This document shows, piece by piece, positions 41,150-59,199 of a DNA stretch of 64,000 nucleotides. Position 1 is the first letter of the stretch. Every line of letters begins with the position of its first letter. This DNA comes from the human T2T-CHM13v2.0 reference genome, Homo sapiens. The stretch lies in assembly GCF_009914755.1 (NCBI RefSeq), contig NC_060928.1. One strand, 5' to 3'. The notes below the pieces were generated by a model, which had not been told where the DNA came from, did no database searches, and saw only the letters and a program-made list of their open reading frames with translations. The position numbers were made by a program, and so were the translations under genes.

Positions 41150-42765
41150 CTGAATTTATTAAACAAATATGAAAACTAAACTTGACTCCTTTTCTAGATG
41201 ATAAACTTATTTATCACTAAGTTAATGAGAGAAATTAGAGGGCAGATGCTAAAGTCTATGCTCTGGTTTAGACATGAGCCCATCTTTAATATCAGTGGTA
41301 GAAAGAGCTCTCTCCCTATTGGTCCCACTTCAAGTGAATCAGAAAGGTTATTACCTGAGAAAAATAGTAAAAAGAAAAAAATGAAGAGGGAGGGAAGAAT
41401 GCAGGGAAAAAAAACCTGTTTCCTGAAAGAGCTTCTCTAGCTCTTCAGTTCAAATCAATTTTTTTCCAACATCTAAATATAGGCAACTATGAACTTACAA
41501 CCAAATTAGCCTCTAATTTCTTATTTTTAAATTGTTAATATGCTCACACGGTTCAAAAAGTTTAAAAAAAAAGTACACTTTGAAAAAGCTCCCTTCCACT
41601 TTTATCCCCATTCAACCAGTTCCTATACCTCTACCAGGAAACCACTGTTATTAGTTTTTTTCTTTAGAGATTTTTAAAAATACAAGTTCGTATGTATTTA
41701 TTTCCTTCCTTCTTCACTGATATCAATAGTAACAGTCCATACATACTATTTTGCACTTTGCTTTTTCTCACTTGGCAACATATCTTGGAAAAATTTCCAT
41801 ATCGGTAAACACTGATCTTTTTCATTCTTTTTTAAAGTATAAAATTCCATTTTACGGCTGCATCAGACTTCATTCACCCACCCCATCCCCTGTTGAAGGA
41901 CATGTAGGTTTTCAGTCTACTGCCTATACAAAAAAAATTGTAAAAATAATTTTGAACAGATGTTATTTCACAGGTGCATTAATTAGCTATTGCTTTAACA
42001 TTACTACCTAACCAACCGGCTAAAACAAGCATTTATTTTTTGTTCACAGGTCTGAGGATGGACTGGTTTGGTGGATGTAGGCTAGGCTCAGTTGAGTGGC
42101 TCTACAATAGGTTGCAGAATGAGCTCAAGTCTGTTGAACAAACTTCTAATCTTCCTTGGATCAGCAGCTCTTCTAATGGCAAGAGTGCAGGTGCAAGCTA
42201 AACCATTTAAGCATTATGAACTATTCATTTATATCCTTTGCCCAGTTTTTTGTTGGTTTCTTTTAAGCTTTTAAGGCATCTGGACTTTGTATCAGTTACA
42301 AAAGGGTTTTCCCACTGTAAGTTGACTTCCAACAATTTTTAGTTTTTTTATATTGAAATTTTTGAGCTACTTATAATGCATTCCTTGGTGTATGATATAT
42401 GGATCCGACTTAATTTTTTTTCCCAAATGGCTATCAATTAATGAATAATCTATCTTTTCTTTACAAATTTGAAGGACCATCTTTATTGTATTCTAACTTC
42501 TGTATGTATTTGGGACTCTTGATGGATTTTCTATTCTATTTCACTGGGCTGACAATTCACACAGTTTTAATTACTATGGCATTATAATATGTTTTACTAT
42601 CTTATAGTAAGATAGTAAAATCTTAAATTCCACTTTCTGCTTTTTGGAATTTTCCTGGCTACTCTTGTCTGTTTTTATGTTTCCATACAAATTTTAAAAT
42701 CATCTTACCTAATTTAAACATGAAAATGTACTCTTGATAGTCTTATTAGGATTGTGTTAAATCTA

Positions 42766-43197
<432 letters not shown>

Positions 43198-43670
43198 TCA
43201 GTCTTGTACAAATCTTTGTTGAGTTTCTTCCTAGATATCACATCTTTTAGGTTATTATAAATGGAGTCTTTTTGTCTACTAAATATTTTAACTTGTTTTT
43301 ATTAATATTTTAACTTTTAAAAATTAATATCTGCATATTAATTTTGTACCACATTATCTTTCTTAATTTCCTTATTTTGAAAGTTTAAATGGTTTTTATG
43401 GAATTCTCATGGGCTTTCCTGCTGTACAATCCCATCAATTGTATAATTTTCATTTTTTAATTGATGCTATTGTAGACTAAAATAAAAATTAAGCAGATAC
43501 AGATGCTGATTTCTATGTTAAACTTTTATCAGAAAATCACAATTAATGATTCATTATTATTAATAATGAATATAATTACTTTATCAATTTCTAAAAATGC
43601 CTGGTAGTACTTTTTAAACCTGTAAAATAGGAAGACATTAAGACTAACATATTTCATGAGTTTTAATTAC

Positions 43671-43722
43671 CTGCAGCGCCTGTTTGAGCAGCTCTTTCAC
43701 TGCCTGCAAGATCAACCAAATT
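43671..43722 (-). CDS. CENPE: CENPE exon 9 (52 nt), switch II
   Basis: NLVDLAGSERAAQTGAA; cag| and |gtaatt. Confidence 0.96.
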
Positions 43723-44979
43723 CTGTAAGATAGATAAAAATAAATCCTTAGGGCAGATAATTTGAAATAATAAAATTCAAACTACTGAAAGAACATTTTT
43801 AATACATGGTATATCTGAATATTCGATCTGTATCCATGTCTCCCATGCTACTGTTTAGGCATTCCCTTTTTTCTCTGAGTCAAACTGTTCTCTATCTGTT
43901 CCTTTCTTTATATCTTCCATAATGCCACCAGTATAGGTTCTGTTTCCTATACAAGGTCCAAAAACTTACTATGGCAAATATAATTCTTTATAAGCTGGCA
44001 CTTGCACTGCTCCAACTTTGTATTTATCCATCCCTTATTCTTACCTCTAGCTGAACTACTCACTATTCCCCAAACACCCCATGTACTTCTACACCTCCAA
44101 GCACCAGCTTTTTGCTATTTCCTTTATTCAGTTAGTTCTAATGTTCTATTCTGTCCTTATTCTTTATTCAAGAACCAGGCACAAAGATTATCTCCTCAGC
44201 ATAGCTTTGCCTACTTTATCCTTCCTCCCCGCCAGATTTCAGATGAACTGCTCCTTGAACTGCATAACCAGAAATCTTTATAAACATGACTTATAGATAC
44301 GACTTACATTTATAGCACTTATTTTGTTGGGCTAGTCATGCATGCTAGCTGTACTATGCTGTAGCAATACCATGACTTTACTGTGGCATCTTTAAGAGCT
44401 GGACCTCTCTTTCATTTCACAAATATTACTGAAAAGAAGTGGCTGCTTATTATGCTCCAGGAAGTACATCAGGTGCTAGGGCTACAAATAAATAAGGTCT
44501 CTGCTCTCATGGAGCTTACATTCTACATAGAGGAGGAGGCTGGTAAGAAGAGATAAAAAGACAAATAAGAAACATGTTGTGATAAGTGTAACAGAGATTA
44601 TTTAAATAGAGCTGGAAAAGGGGCCAGTAGCTTTAGGTTCATAGGACTGGATAGCAGTGGAAGGCTTGTCATTAAGCTGCGATCTGAATGACCTGAGAAG
44701 AGGAAGCTGGTCCCAAAAAGATCAAGGGAAACAGTAGTCTAGACAAAAAGAATAGCCAAAACACTTAGTCACAAAGCAGAATGTGCTCAGTGTGTTCAAA
44801 AAAATAGAAAAGGCAGTGTGGCACAGTTGGTGAAGTGAAGACAGGAAAAGACAGAATAAGAGAAGTAGACAGGGGCCAGATTATGCAGGACTTTTTAAGT
44901 GAGATCTAAAACTCTGAAATGTTTATATTCAATGAGAAGCCATTGCAGGGCTTTATGCAAGGGAGTAATAGAACCCTGC

Positions 44980-49701
<4,722 letters not shown>

Positions 49702-52089
49702 AGAACCTTGCATAAAGCTCAGCAATGACTCTCACAATGGATCCACTATGACTACTGGGTGGAGGATGGATTGGGAAGGGGCAAGAGCAGCTGCAGGCAG
49801 CCCCATCAGGCAGCTGGGGCAGGAATCTCGGTGAGAGATAATACCAGCTTGGGTTAGGGAGGTGGCAGAGGAGACTGCTTGTAAGAGAAGCAGTGAAGGG
49901 GTGTCTTGTTTATTGTTTTTTTAATCTCAGAGCCCAACACCATGCTCAGAAGACAATAACAACTTAGTAAATATTGTGAGTGATTTGAAAGAAAGTCAAA
50001 GCTTTACGTTATTTCTCTCTGTGGAGATTTTTGAGACTAGGCAGGTAAATATGTATTACCAGTTAAGGAGGCTAATTTTTCTTGCACAGTGTCCACTACA
50101 GATGACACAGATACATAATAAAAGGGCAAAGTGGTAATGAAGGCAGCATGAGTGAAGGTTAAAGATGAGAACAAGCATTCATATTCAAAGATACTCAGAG
50201 GCCCAATCTATGAGGGAGGAGTTCATGTAGAGCAGAAGGAAATAAAGTTAGATTGGTTAAGAGTGGCCAAATCTTGCCCCAGGAAGTGATATACAAAAGC
50301 AATGGTTAGTATATTCGAAATCCTTATGATGACTTCAAGAAACAAAGACAAGGGTCATGGAGACAAGGTTCCAGGAGACTGACATAGTAATTCAAGAGAG
50401 ATGAGAAAGTAAATGAGTGTAGCACCCATGGAAATGTTTAAAGGTAGGATCAGTAAGAAATGGGACAAGTGGACAAAGAGAAAGGCAGAAAAAGATGAGT
50501 CAAAATTGACTTAGGTTTCCAGCTTAGGCAGCTAGGATAATGCTGGTTTTACTGGAAATAAGGAATATTCACTATGGTAGGAAGAAAATAGTTTCGTTTT
50601 AGACATATTAAAGTTTGAGATAATGATGGGACACAATTATAACCATCTTTAGGAAGACATGAATTAGAATTCAGAGACTATAGGTAAAATATTTGGCAGT
50701 CATCAACATGGAAATGATGACAGAACATTTGAGAGCAAGAACTTGAGTAAGAAACGTCACAGAATACCTCCAAGTTTTTTTTTTTTTAATTATTTTTTTA
50801 GGAGGGTAGGGAAAAAGAAGCCAGGGTAGAAAACAGAGGAGTACAGCTAAGAGAAACTGGATATTATCATCCCACCAAGGCCAGGAGATAATCAGAAAAG
50901 AGCCACCTCTAAAGAGACAGAGATGACTCTTTAGAGACTTCTTTCCAAGAAGATTCTTAGAGTAAGTGGGTAGGCTGGAGGGTTGGAACAGATGGAACAC
51001 AAATGACAGAGCATCACGTAACATGAGGAAAATCATCAAGTAGATCACTGAATATGCCAAGAGTATTAAAGCTAAATTATTAAAAGTTAAAATTATATGA
51101 AATATCACAGTCTTGGATGAGAAAACTAAAGAGGTTAGGGTTTGGTTTTTTATTGTTAAATTAAAACAAGATTAAAGTCTACTAAAATAAGTTATACAAT
51201 TTTATAGCAAAATAGCTAAGGTGAAATTAGGATTGAATATTAAGTAATTAATAATCTAATTTTATAAAATCTGAAAATGAATAAACATATTATAGATTGC
51301 TTTTTTCCCTGAAGTTTTCTAATCAAATAATCTTAAATCATATCCCACATCAAGCTAAAGAATTTAGGCCCTAAAAATGCAGAATAAAGCAATATGGTAA
51401 AAGATAGAAAAGGAGCAAGAAAGAAACAGCAATAATTTAGTGTGGAAAGAAGGAAGTGAAGGTTTACTAATGTGGAATATAGGAATGTTTGCATAATGCA
51501 TATATTCGCTTATTCAGCAAATCTATATTAGACATAAAATAGGTATAATGTGTTGGGGCTACCAGGATGAATGCAGTATCACTCCTCAATGGATTTACAG
51601 TCTAAAGTACTACGTTTACAATACAAAATATATTTTATTGTTGTACTTAAGTAAAACCTAAAGTAATGTGATTACTTTTTAACCATCCAACCTAGATTTT
51701 TGTTGATCACATAAGTCTAAATTACATTGGCTGAGATTTTACAAAAAGACCCTCAAATTCTAAGATGATCTAAAGTGTTAAATGTGTATAGAAAAAAATT
51801 CTACTGCATTAGTGGTTAGAAAAAACATCAATTCCTATAACCCTATAGCCCTGACATTTAAATTTTAGGAGATGGCAACCATGACATAACAGGAAGAAAG
51901 ATCCTCTGAATTTTTCCTACGACATTTTAGCTAGGAATTTGATGATACTGACAAGACTAAGCAGACAATTTGTAGATTTCCTCCCACATTTAGTTTAGTT
52001 AACAGTTCTTATTAAACCAAACATCCAGCAACTAAATTAAATTTTGTTTTGGCCCATACAGTACATTATTATGGTTCATTAATACTCAC

Positions 52090-52155
52090 CAAATGGGATA
52101 CCTTAACAGATCCTTCACAATTAGAAGGTTCACCCTTCTCTCTGCTTTCCAAAAT
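52090..52155 (-). CDS. CENPE: CENPE exon 8 (66 nt)
   Basis: ILESREKGEPSNCEGSVKVSHL; tag| and |gtgagt. Confidence 0.96.
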
Positions 52156-52234
52156 CTAGATAGAAAAGGCAAGCTGTAGAAAAATTAGTGCATTCTTACT
52201 TGGAAAGATCTAACAGATAGATAGAATTACCTAC

Positions 52235-52302
52235 CATCCTAAAGATGGTATGAGAACGACTGCTTCTTTGATTCATTTTTGTTTCTCCATAATGCCTGCT
52301 CT
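52235..52302 (-). CDS. CENPE: CENPE exon 7 (68 nt), switch I
   Basis: [22 protein letters not shown]; cag| and |gtaggt. Confidence 0.96.
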
Positions 52303-52463
52303 CTGTAAAAATGAGTTATATTTCAGCTGCATATATAATAAAATCCATAGAAACACAATAATTTTTATTTTAACTTAAAAAAGTATGATTTGAGGTCCAA
52401 ACGTGCTTGATTGAAAAGATAGTTTTTACAAGTGTTCTAAAGAAATACAGCATAAAGTCTTAC

Positions 52464-52545
52464 TTTCTCCCTTTGTAATCCATTTCAAAGCCATTTCTGA
52501 TGTATATACAACTTCTTCTGTGAGATCAGCAACATACACATTCCT
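52464..52545 (-). CDS. CENPE: CENPE exon 6 (82 nt)
   Basis: [27 protein letters not shown]; cag| and |gtaaga. Confidence 0.96.
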
Positions 52546-52974
52546 CTGAAACAAGTTTAATTATGGAAAGATTAGAGAAATAGAAGTCACAAGTTTGCTT
52601 TTCAAAAGAAGGTGCAAACTATTATAGAATTCATTTGTGAAAGTTAAAAGTGGCAAATGGAACCATAATTCTGTAGGAATGTAACAAATAATTCTATGAA
52701 TACCCACAATTTATTTCACATACCAAAGCACAACAAATTCTAACCTGATACTTCCAACTTGCTATTTTTACACTTAAACCAAAATATTAGAGCTGTCAGT
52801 ATTTTAAAACTATTCATATTGTTTAAAAGATGAATATAAATACTTCAAAAAAACCCTCACATACTATAGAAATAGGAGACACTTTAAAAACTATAGAAAT
52901 TAAAGGTAAACATTCAAGAACAATAATCTCAATAAGTCAGTCAATTTTAAAGCTCCCTTAAGTCTGCTACTCAC

Positions 52975-53094
52975 ATTGACATCTTCTCGAATAATTAAAG
53001 GTTTCATTTTTTGAGTGCCACAGAGTAAATCTGTAATGGTTTCATTGTATATTTCCATGTAAGATACACGTAAGAGAAATTCCCTATCAGGAAA
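52975..53094 (-). CDS. CENPE: CENPE exon 5 (120 nt)
   Basis: [24 protein letters not shown]...REDVN; tag| and |gtgagt. Confidence 0.96.
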
Positions 53095-53780
53095 CTAGAA
53101 GAAAAAAAATTATATAAAAACACCAGGAAGCATCCAATTGTGAAAACCTAATGCTAAATGCTCATGTGCTTAAAGAGGTAAAATGTATGTAAAACAAACT
53201 AAGAAACCCCTTGGTTCTACTGTTGACAAAATAATGAACACAAAAATATAAAAGCATCGTTACAGAAATAATGAAAAGTGAAGTACCATAAAGCTGGGAG
53301 AACACCAACTCTAGGCTCAAACTCTAGGCTCAAAATAAAACCCTCTCAAAAGATGTTCTTATTTTAATAAAAATGCTAATTTGAAACCAACTAACTCGGT
53401 TGCCTATTCTGGCTTTCTGCTTCCCTTCTTTTTTTACCTACATCCACTTTCTACTGTTCCTTTATAATCACTGATAGTTAAATGGTTAGGTGGAGCTAAC
53501 CATTCTGATAACATTTTCTTGTTCCTTAATGCCTACTTTTTGTTGAGAGTATTATTGTTGCAGAATTCAAGAGAAAGAATAAAAGAACTTTAAGCTTTAT
53601 AAAGTAAGTTGTGGAGATAAAAGTGAATCTATGCTATGCCTTTCTTCTTTCCCCATGGATAATCAAACAATAACTGTAAATCTACTTCCTTTCATCTTTA
53701 CAAGAGAAATACACTAAGACTGGTACCCAGTTTTTACTAGTTTTACCTGTACGTACTAGAAATCCAGTTAAGTTACTTAC

Positions 53781-53899
53781 CTTCTTAATTTTTTGGAAAA
53801 TGTCATGAATTGCCCTGGGTATAACTCCCAAATGATCTTCTGAACCCATCATGGTATATGTTTTTCCTGAAGCAGTCTGTCCATAGGCAAATATAGTAC
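53781..53899 (-). CDS. CENPE: CENPE exon 4 (119 nt), P-loop
   Basis: [19 protein letters not shown]...QKIKK; cag| and |gtaagt. Confidence 0.97.
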
Positions 53900-54023
53900 C
53901 TGCAAAAAACAAAACACACATACGCAAAGATTAAAAACAAACCTATAATGGGTAAAACTATGCATGCTTGTTGCACAGACGCCCAAGACTAAAATGTTTC
54001 TGCAGCATTGAGTGAATACAAAC

Positions 54024-54113
54024 CATTGTAGCCTTGTATGGCAGAATCGATGATTGGTGCTGCTATTTCTTCATACACATTTTTGGTAGTTTCATTACCA
54101 TGAAAGACACGAT
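54024..54113 (-). CDS. CENPE: CENPE exon 3 (90 nt)
   Basis: [29 protein letters not shown]; tag| and |gtttgt. Confidence 0.96.
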
Positions 54114-54116
54114 CTA

Positions 54117-54140
54117 AACAACAACAACAACAACAACAAC
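54117..54140. repeat. (AAC)8 microsatellite at the exon 3 acceptor
   Basis: Direct reading. Confidence 0.9.
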
Positions 54141-54619
54141 ACAGAAGTTAAATCAAATGAGTCCACTGTGTTTTCATTCCAAATTAGTAATTATTCCCAA
54201 AAGTAAAACTGTCAGAATGTAGGATGATCAACTATTTAAGACACAGTATTTTTTTCAACTTTTTGGTTCTCTGAAAATACCCTTCCCTAAGGTAAAATGA
54301 GTTCATTTTCACACACAAAAAATACACTACAAGTCAACTTTTCTATGTTCTTTCAAGAGGCAATAAGGTATAGTGTTTGCACATGGGGGTCTGGAATCTA
54401 CCTAGATGCAAATTAGATAACTGTGATTATAACTGTTTTAAATGCCAATTGGTTACCTTACTTAAATACATGATGGATAAACAATTTTGTTTCCAGTGAA
54501 GCAGTTTATAGAAGGCTTAGTCTAATCTTTAGTGACAAATCTAATATTATTGATAAGCCTTTTGTACTTTTAATAGCAAAAGGATAACAAGGTAACTTTT
54601 GATGCTATTATAAGCTTAC

Positions 54620-54711
54620 CAAAATTGAAGGATTTACTTCCATCAACTTGATAAATGACATTATTGTCAGTTTTCCAGTAAACTTGGGCAGTTTCTCCAA
54701 GTGATTCTTCT
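54620..54711 (-). CDS. CENPE: CENPE exon 2 (92 nt)
   Basis: EESLGETAQVYWKTDNNVIYQVDGSKSFNF; tag| and |gtaagc. Confidence 0.96.
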
Positions 54712-55989
54712 CTAAAAGAATAAAAACACCGCATTTTAACCAGTCATAAAAGTCATGTCATAGGAGGAATAATTGAAAAGATTTCACCTGCTAAAGAATA
54801 TTTTGAAAGATAGTAACATAAGAGAATGACAGAAAGTCCATCTTTGAGGATTCAACTCTTAAATGGAGCTTCAGTGACCTTCTGCCGCCTCAAAAGTGTT
54901 TTCTTGTGAAGGCTTTCATTCTCACCCTCTCCCCCAGTACTGGTAAACAAAGGGATGGATTCAAAATGCAACTCTGATTATGTCTGTCTTGCTTAAAATT
55001 CTTAAAACCTTTTGGAAACTTATGAAATCCTCAGCAGGGCACGAGTCCTAGATCATGTCATTTCTCTCTTCCATTTTCCTCTGAATTCCTAGATACATCC
55101 TAAGCTCTACCTGAAGGTCTTCCCCAAATGACAGATGTAACCTCTCTGTGCCTGGAATACTCTGACTTCCCTTTCCATTAAGTAACATAGGGATTATTTC
55201 ACTCATGAAAAGCGTCAAGACTTTTCTGACACCAGTTCACCCCACGGGAAGCTTTCGTCTCTGATGGGCTAATAACTCCTCTAGCAAACATTCTCTACCT
55301 GCCCATCATAACACTTGTCAAAAGGTATCCTAATGGTTTCTTTATGTAGCCGTTTAAGGCATTAGATAATGAGCTCCTCAAAAATAGGAAATTCCTGATC
55401 TTGGTATTTGCATTTATTAAACCCCGTGTTCAATAAAAATTTCTCACACACACAAAGTGTTAGCATTTCGGGTCGAGGGCCAGAAGCTAGTGAAGCAAAC
55501 CGATTTCATTTATTCCTCTTCCTGCTTTTTCTCCCTAGCACTTATTACCTACATATCACCACTTAACATCCTACATTTTCAACTTTACTTTCTGTCTCGT
55601 CCCATTAGAATGGAAGAGCCACTGGGCAATGACGGGAGTGTCTGTGTTGTACAAAGTCACTAAAAAAAAATTGATAAATATTTGTAGAATGATCTTGAGT
55701 GACGATTGAATGTAATGTGACAAGACAGACTAGCCCTTGTCTTCAGAGGGTCTGGAGACAGCAGTTAGGTGTAAAATGACTAACTGTGATGAGGGCCAGG
55801 AAGGCACGGTCCCATACGACTTCTCTAGGCGGGGAATGGGGCAGGGAGGAGCAGATGCCGCAAGGCAGAGCAGCACAGAAGGGAAGGTCTGTATGTCAGC
55901 GAGACTGAGTTAAATTTAAGTGAATCTCGCAGCTGGAAAGTATCTTCTAGATCTCCGATCCTCCCCTGTCACTTTACAGACCCTGAAAC

Positions 55990-56410
55990 GATGGCCAGCA
56001 GCCGAGTCACTAGACAGCAGAGCCGGGAAGCAGCGGCTCCTGGAAACATCGTAGGCCTCGCCCCTCCGGCTCAGGGCGGCGCCGCAGGCCCAGCGGGCAC
56101 CGGGCCGTGGTGTGGCCCCCCTACCTGCTGTTCAGCGGCCGCACTCGCACGCAGACGGCCACGGCTCCTTCCTCCGCCATCCTATCAGGCTGAACTGGTC
56201 CCAGGAAAATGGCCAGGACCCTCCGCGGCCGGCACTTCAGGGCTCACAGGCCGCCCCGCCTTTAAATTTAAAATTTCCCAAACGCCGCATCTGATTGAGC
56301 CGTGGCCTCGTGACGTCATGGGCCATTCCACGTGCGGAGCAGCGCGGGGGACGCAAGGCGGGCGGCGTGACCACTGCTAAACAGGAGAGGGGATTTAAAG
56401 GGCCCAGCAG
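55990..56410. promoter_or_regulatory. CENPE: CENPE CpG-island promoter with tandem CHR-like TTTAAA, GC box, CRE and E-box
   Basis: GC/CpG-rich around exon 1; ccgccccgcc 56251-56260; tttaaatttaaa 56261-56272; tgacgtca 56311-56318; cacgtg 56329-56334. Confidence 0.85.
56125..56180 (-). CDS. CENPE: CENPE exon 1 CDS (aa 1-19)
   Basis: ATG at 56180; MAEEGAVAVCVRVRPLNS; donor AG|gtagg. Confidence 0.97.
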
Positions 56411-56843
56411 AGAGTCGGAGGAGAGGGCCGAAGGGAGGGGCTCCCAGGAGTGGGCAGAGAGTGGTGGTCCTGGAATACCAGAATACTATTATCTGCCAAA
56501 AGCTAGCGAACGTCATCCTCCACCCCATCCTTAAAAAGTTTGGAACCTGTAGACGAAACTAGGTAGAGATACATGTATTTTTCACTACCCAAACAGAATT
56601 GCCGTCTTTTAAAGAAACTGCACCAACAGTTTAAAATAAACTTTCAACAGCAAGAGTTGAAATTCGCTGTCCAGTCCAGAAACGTGACAAGCCTGTTGTG
56701 CGCCTTAGAAAATCTGAGTTTAGGCTTTTCTCCTGTTTCTCTCTCTCTGTAACTCGTTTCCATTAGCTGTGGCTTCCTCAGAGGTTGAATTAGGGAAAAT
56801 AAATACCGAGGACTGAAAAACTCATTGAGTAATGGGTTGATAC

Positions 56844-57150
56844 TTTTTTTTTCTTCTTTTTTTTGGAAACGGAGTCTCGCTCTGTCACCCCAGGCTGGAG
56901 TGCAGTGGTGCTTATCTCTGCTCATTGCAGCCTCCACCTCCTGCATTCAAGTGATTCTCCTGCCTCAGCCTCCCCAGTAGCTGGGATTACAAGGTGCCCG
57001 CCACCACGCCCAGGTAATTTTTGTATTTTTAGTAGAGACGGGGCTTCGCCATGTTGGCAAGGCTGGTCTCAAAGTCCTGACCTCAGGTGATCCACTTGCC
57101 TCGGTCTCCAAAAGTGCTGGGATTAAAGGCGTGAGCCACCGCTCCTGGCC
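56844..57150 (-). mobile_element. Alu (AluSx-like)
   Basis: Full reverse dimer. Confidence 0.92.
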
Positions 57151-57247
57151 TGGTTTGTTACTTTTATTAACTAAGAGGGAAAGCTATTCTAAATACAGTG
57201 ATTTTTTCCCAAAAATAATGCTTATTTTCCCTTTCTTCTCTCTCTCT

Positions 57248-57582
57248 CTTTTTTTTTTTTTTTAAATAAACATGAGTTCTTGCTTTGTCACCTAGGCTAG
57301 AGTGCAGTAGGCTGAACACAGCTCACTGCAGGCTCAACTCCTGGCCTCAGCCCAAGTGGGGTTCCCACCTTAACCTCCTGAGTAGCTTGGATTACAGGCA
57401 CATCACAAGCCCAGATAATTTTTAAATTTTTTTGTAGAGACGGGGTGGTGGGGGGATTAGGGTAGGGAGTGGGGTCTCACAGTGTTGCCTAGGCAGGTCT
57501 TGAACTCCTAGGCTCAAGCAATCCTCCTTGCCTTGGCCTCCCAAAGTGCTGGGATTACAAGCATGAGCCATCGTGCCTGGCC
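57248..57582 (-). mobile_element. Alu (AluJ-like) with G-rich insert
   Basis: Reverse dimer; extra G-run block at 57442-57474. Confidence 0.88.
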
Positions 57583-58239
57583 TAGCTTTTTATGTGTACT
57601 TTAGAAAGCTATCCAAGATGTTTCATTTATTAAGAGAAATTCAAGGTGCACGGTTATGTACACAGAATATGTCTGGATATACATACATAATTTTTGGAAA
57701 GATACACAGAATATGCCTAATTTCCTTGCAGAGTGAGGACTGAGTTAGATGGTAGACTGAGTTAGATGAAAGTAGTTTCTTTCAATTTAAAGAAACTAGT
57801 TTATAGATAAGAACAGTAAAGAAAAATGAGTCTATTCATTCAAGATTTGTTTTGGTTAACTAGCTGTGAGGTAGTATAAACAACTCTTTTTTATTGCTAG
57901 ACTGTAAAGATACTTGGTTGTATCTAGTAAGAAAATACAGAGTTAAGGAAGGTATATTTTAACTGTTGTTTTTGTTTTAATTGTGGGCAAATATGAGACA
58001 GCTGAAGGCAAGGAACCTATGAAGAAGAAGGGAGATGTGATTAATCAAAATTTCTAATGAGACAAGAGGAGATTGGTTCACGAGTAAAGAGAAGTCATCA
58101 GCCTTTCATAGTTGTGCTTATGATCGTTGCTATGACTGTCTTTTTTTATCATCACAGCAGGTGACATTTATTGAAGATTTACTATATGCCAGGCTCTCTA
58201 TTATATGCTCTCTATCCAATTTTTTCATCTGACTTTCCA

Positions 58240-58393
58240 AATTGTTCATCAAGAAATATTCATTGAACAACTGTTATGTGCCAGATACGGTTCTAAGGTC
58301 AGGAAGCACAACAGTAAATAGAATAGACACAGTACCTGTTGTTGTAGAGTTGCTATTCTCTTAGAGGAGATGGGTAATACAGAAAAATCTCAG

Positions 58394-58449
<56 letters not shown>

Positions 58450-58920
58450 ATGTAATGATTAATAGGATCAGGAGACAGAGAGAGAGTGATAAGGTGGGTT
58501 AAGAGTGCTAGTTTCTTATGAAACACATTCTTGTGGGAAGCAGCAGACAATACATAACAAATATATAGTAAAATAATGTGTTGGGAGGAAGGTTTATTTT
58601 AGATGAGATGTTCAAGAAAGACCTGAGGAGGTGACCTTTGAAGTGAAACCTATGTGAGAAGAGTGAGCCAGACTTGGGAGGACAAGAGAAAGGGCGTACC
58701 AGACAGAGGAACAAGTAAGTCAAAGAAGCCAAGGCTTGATCGAGTTTGTCATCTGTCTGAGACACAAAGGGGAGGGCCCTGTGACTGAAGCATTTGTGGC
58801 AATGGAGAGAGGTAGGCAGGTCCAGGTCCAGGACCCATGGGGCCTTGTGGGCTGTGATAAAATGTTTGGATCTTATTCTCAAGGGTGAGGGGAAGCCTAT
58901 GGAGGGTTTTAAGCAAGGGG
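58240..58920 (-). mobile_element. L2 fragment
   Basis: cattgaacaactgttatgtgccag...gggaagcctatggagggttttaagcaaggg; boundaries approximate. Confidence 0.65.
58394..58447. repeat. Compound (CT)n(CA)n microsatellite
   Basis: Direct reading. Confidence 0.9.
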
Positions 58921-59199
58921 GTAAAAAGGGATTCATTAATTCCTTCAAACAAGACACTCTTTATTTCACTATGAAAATAGAAGCTTCCAGAAAAGACTTT
59001 GCCCTAATTCCTGTCAATCTGGCTACTCACTATGTGCATTTGTGCTTGCATACTCGCCTTCCAGACTGTAACTTTATAAACATCTGTGTGTTTTCCACTC
59101 TGGAAACTCTCCATGTGTGCACTGGATACAGTCCTCTCCTTCTCACTCTCTGTCCTGCTTGTCATTTTCTCCTGCTCTAGAAAACCAGTCTTAACAGCA

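Noticed and set aside
55991-56534. Antisense 129-aa and neighbouring ORFs over exon 1
   Set aside because: Stop-poor CpG-island sequence with low-complexity Ala/Gly/Pro composition; no coding evidence.
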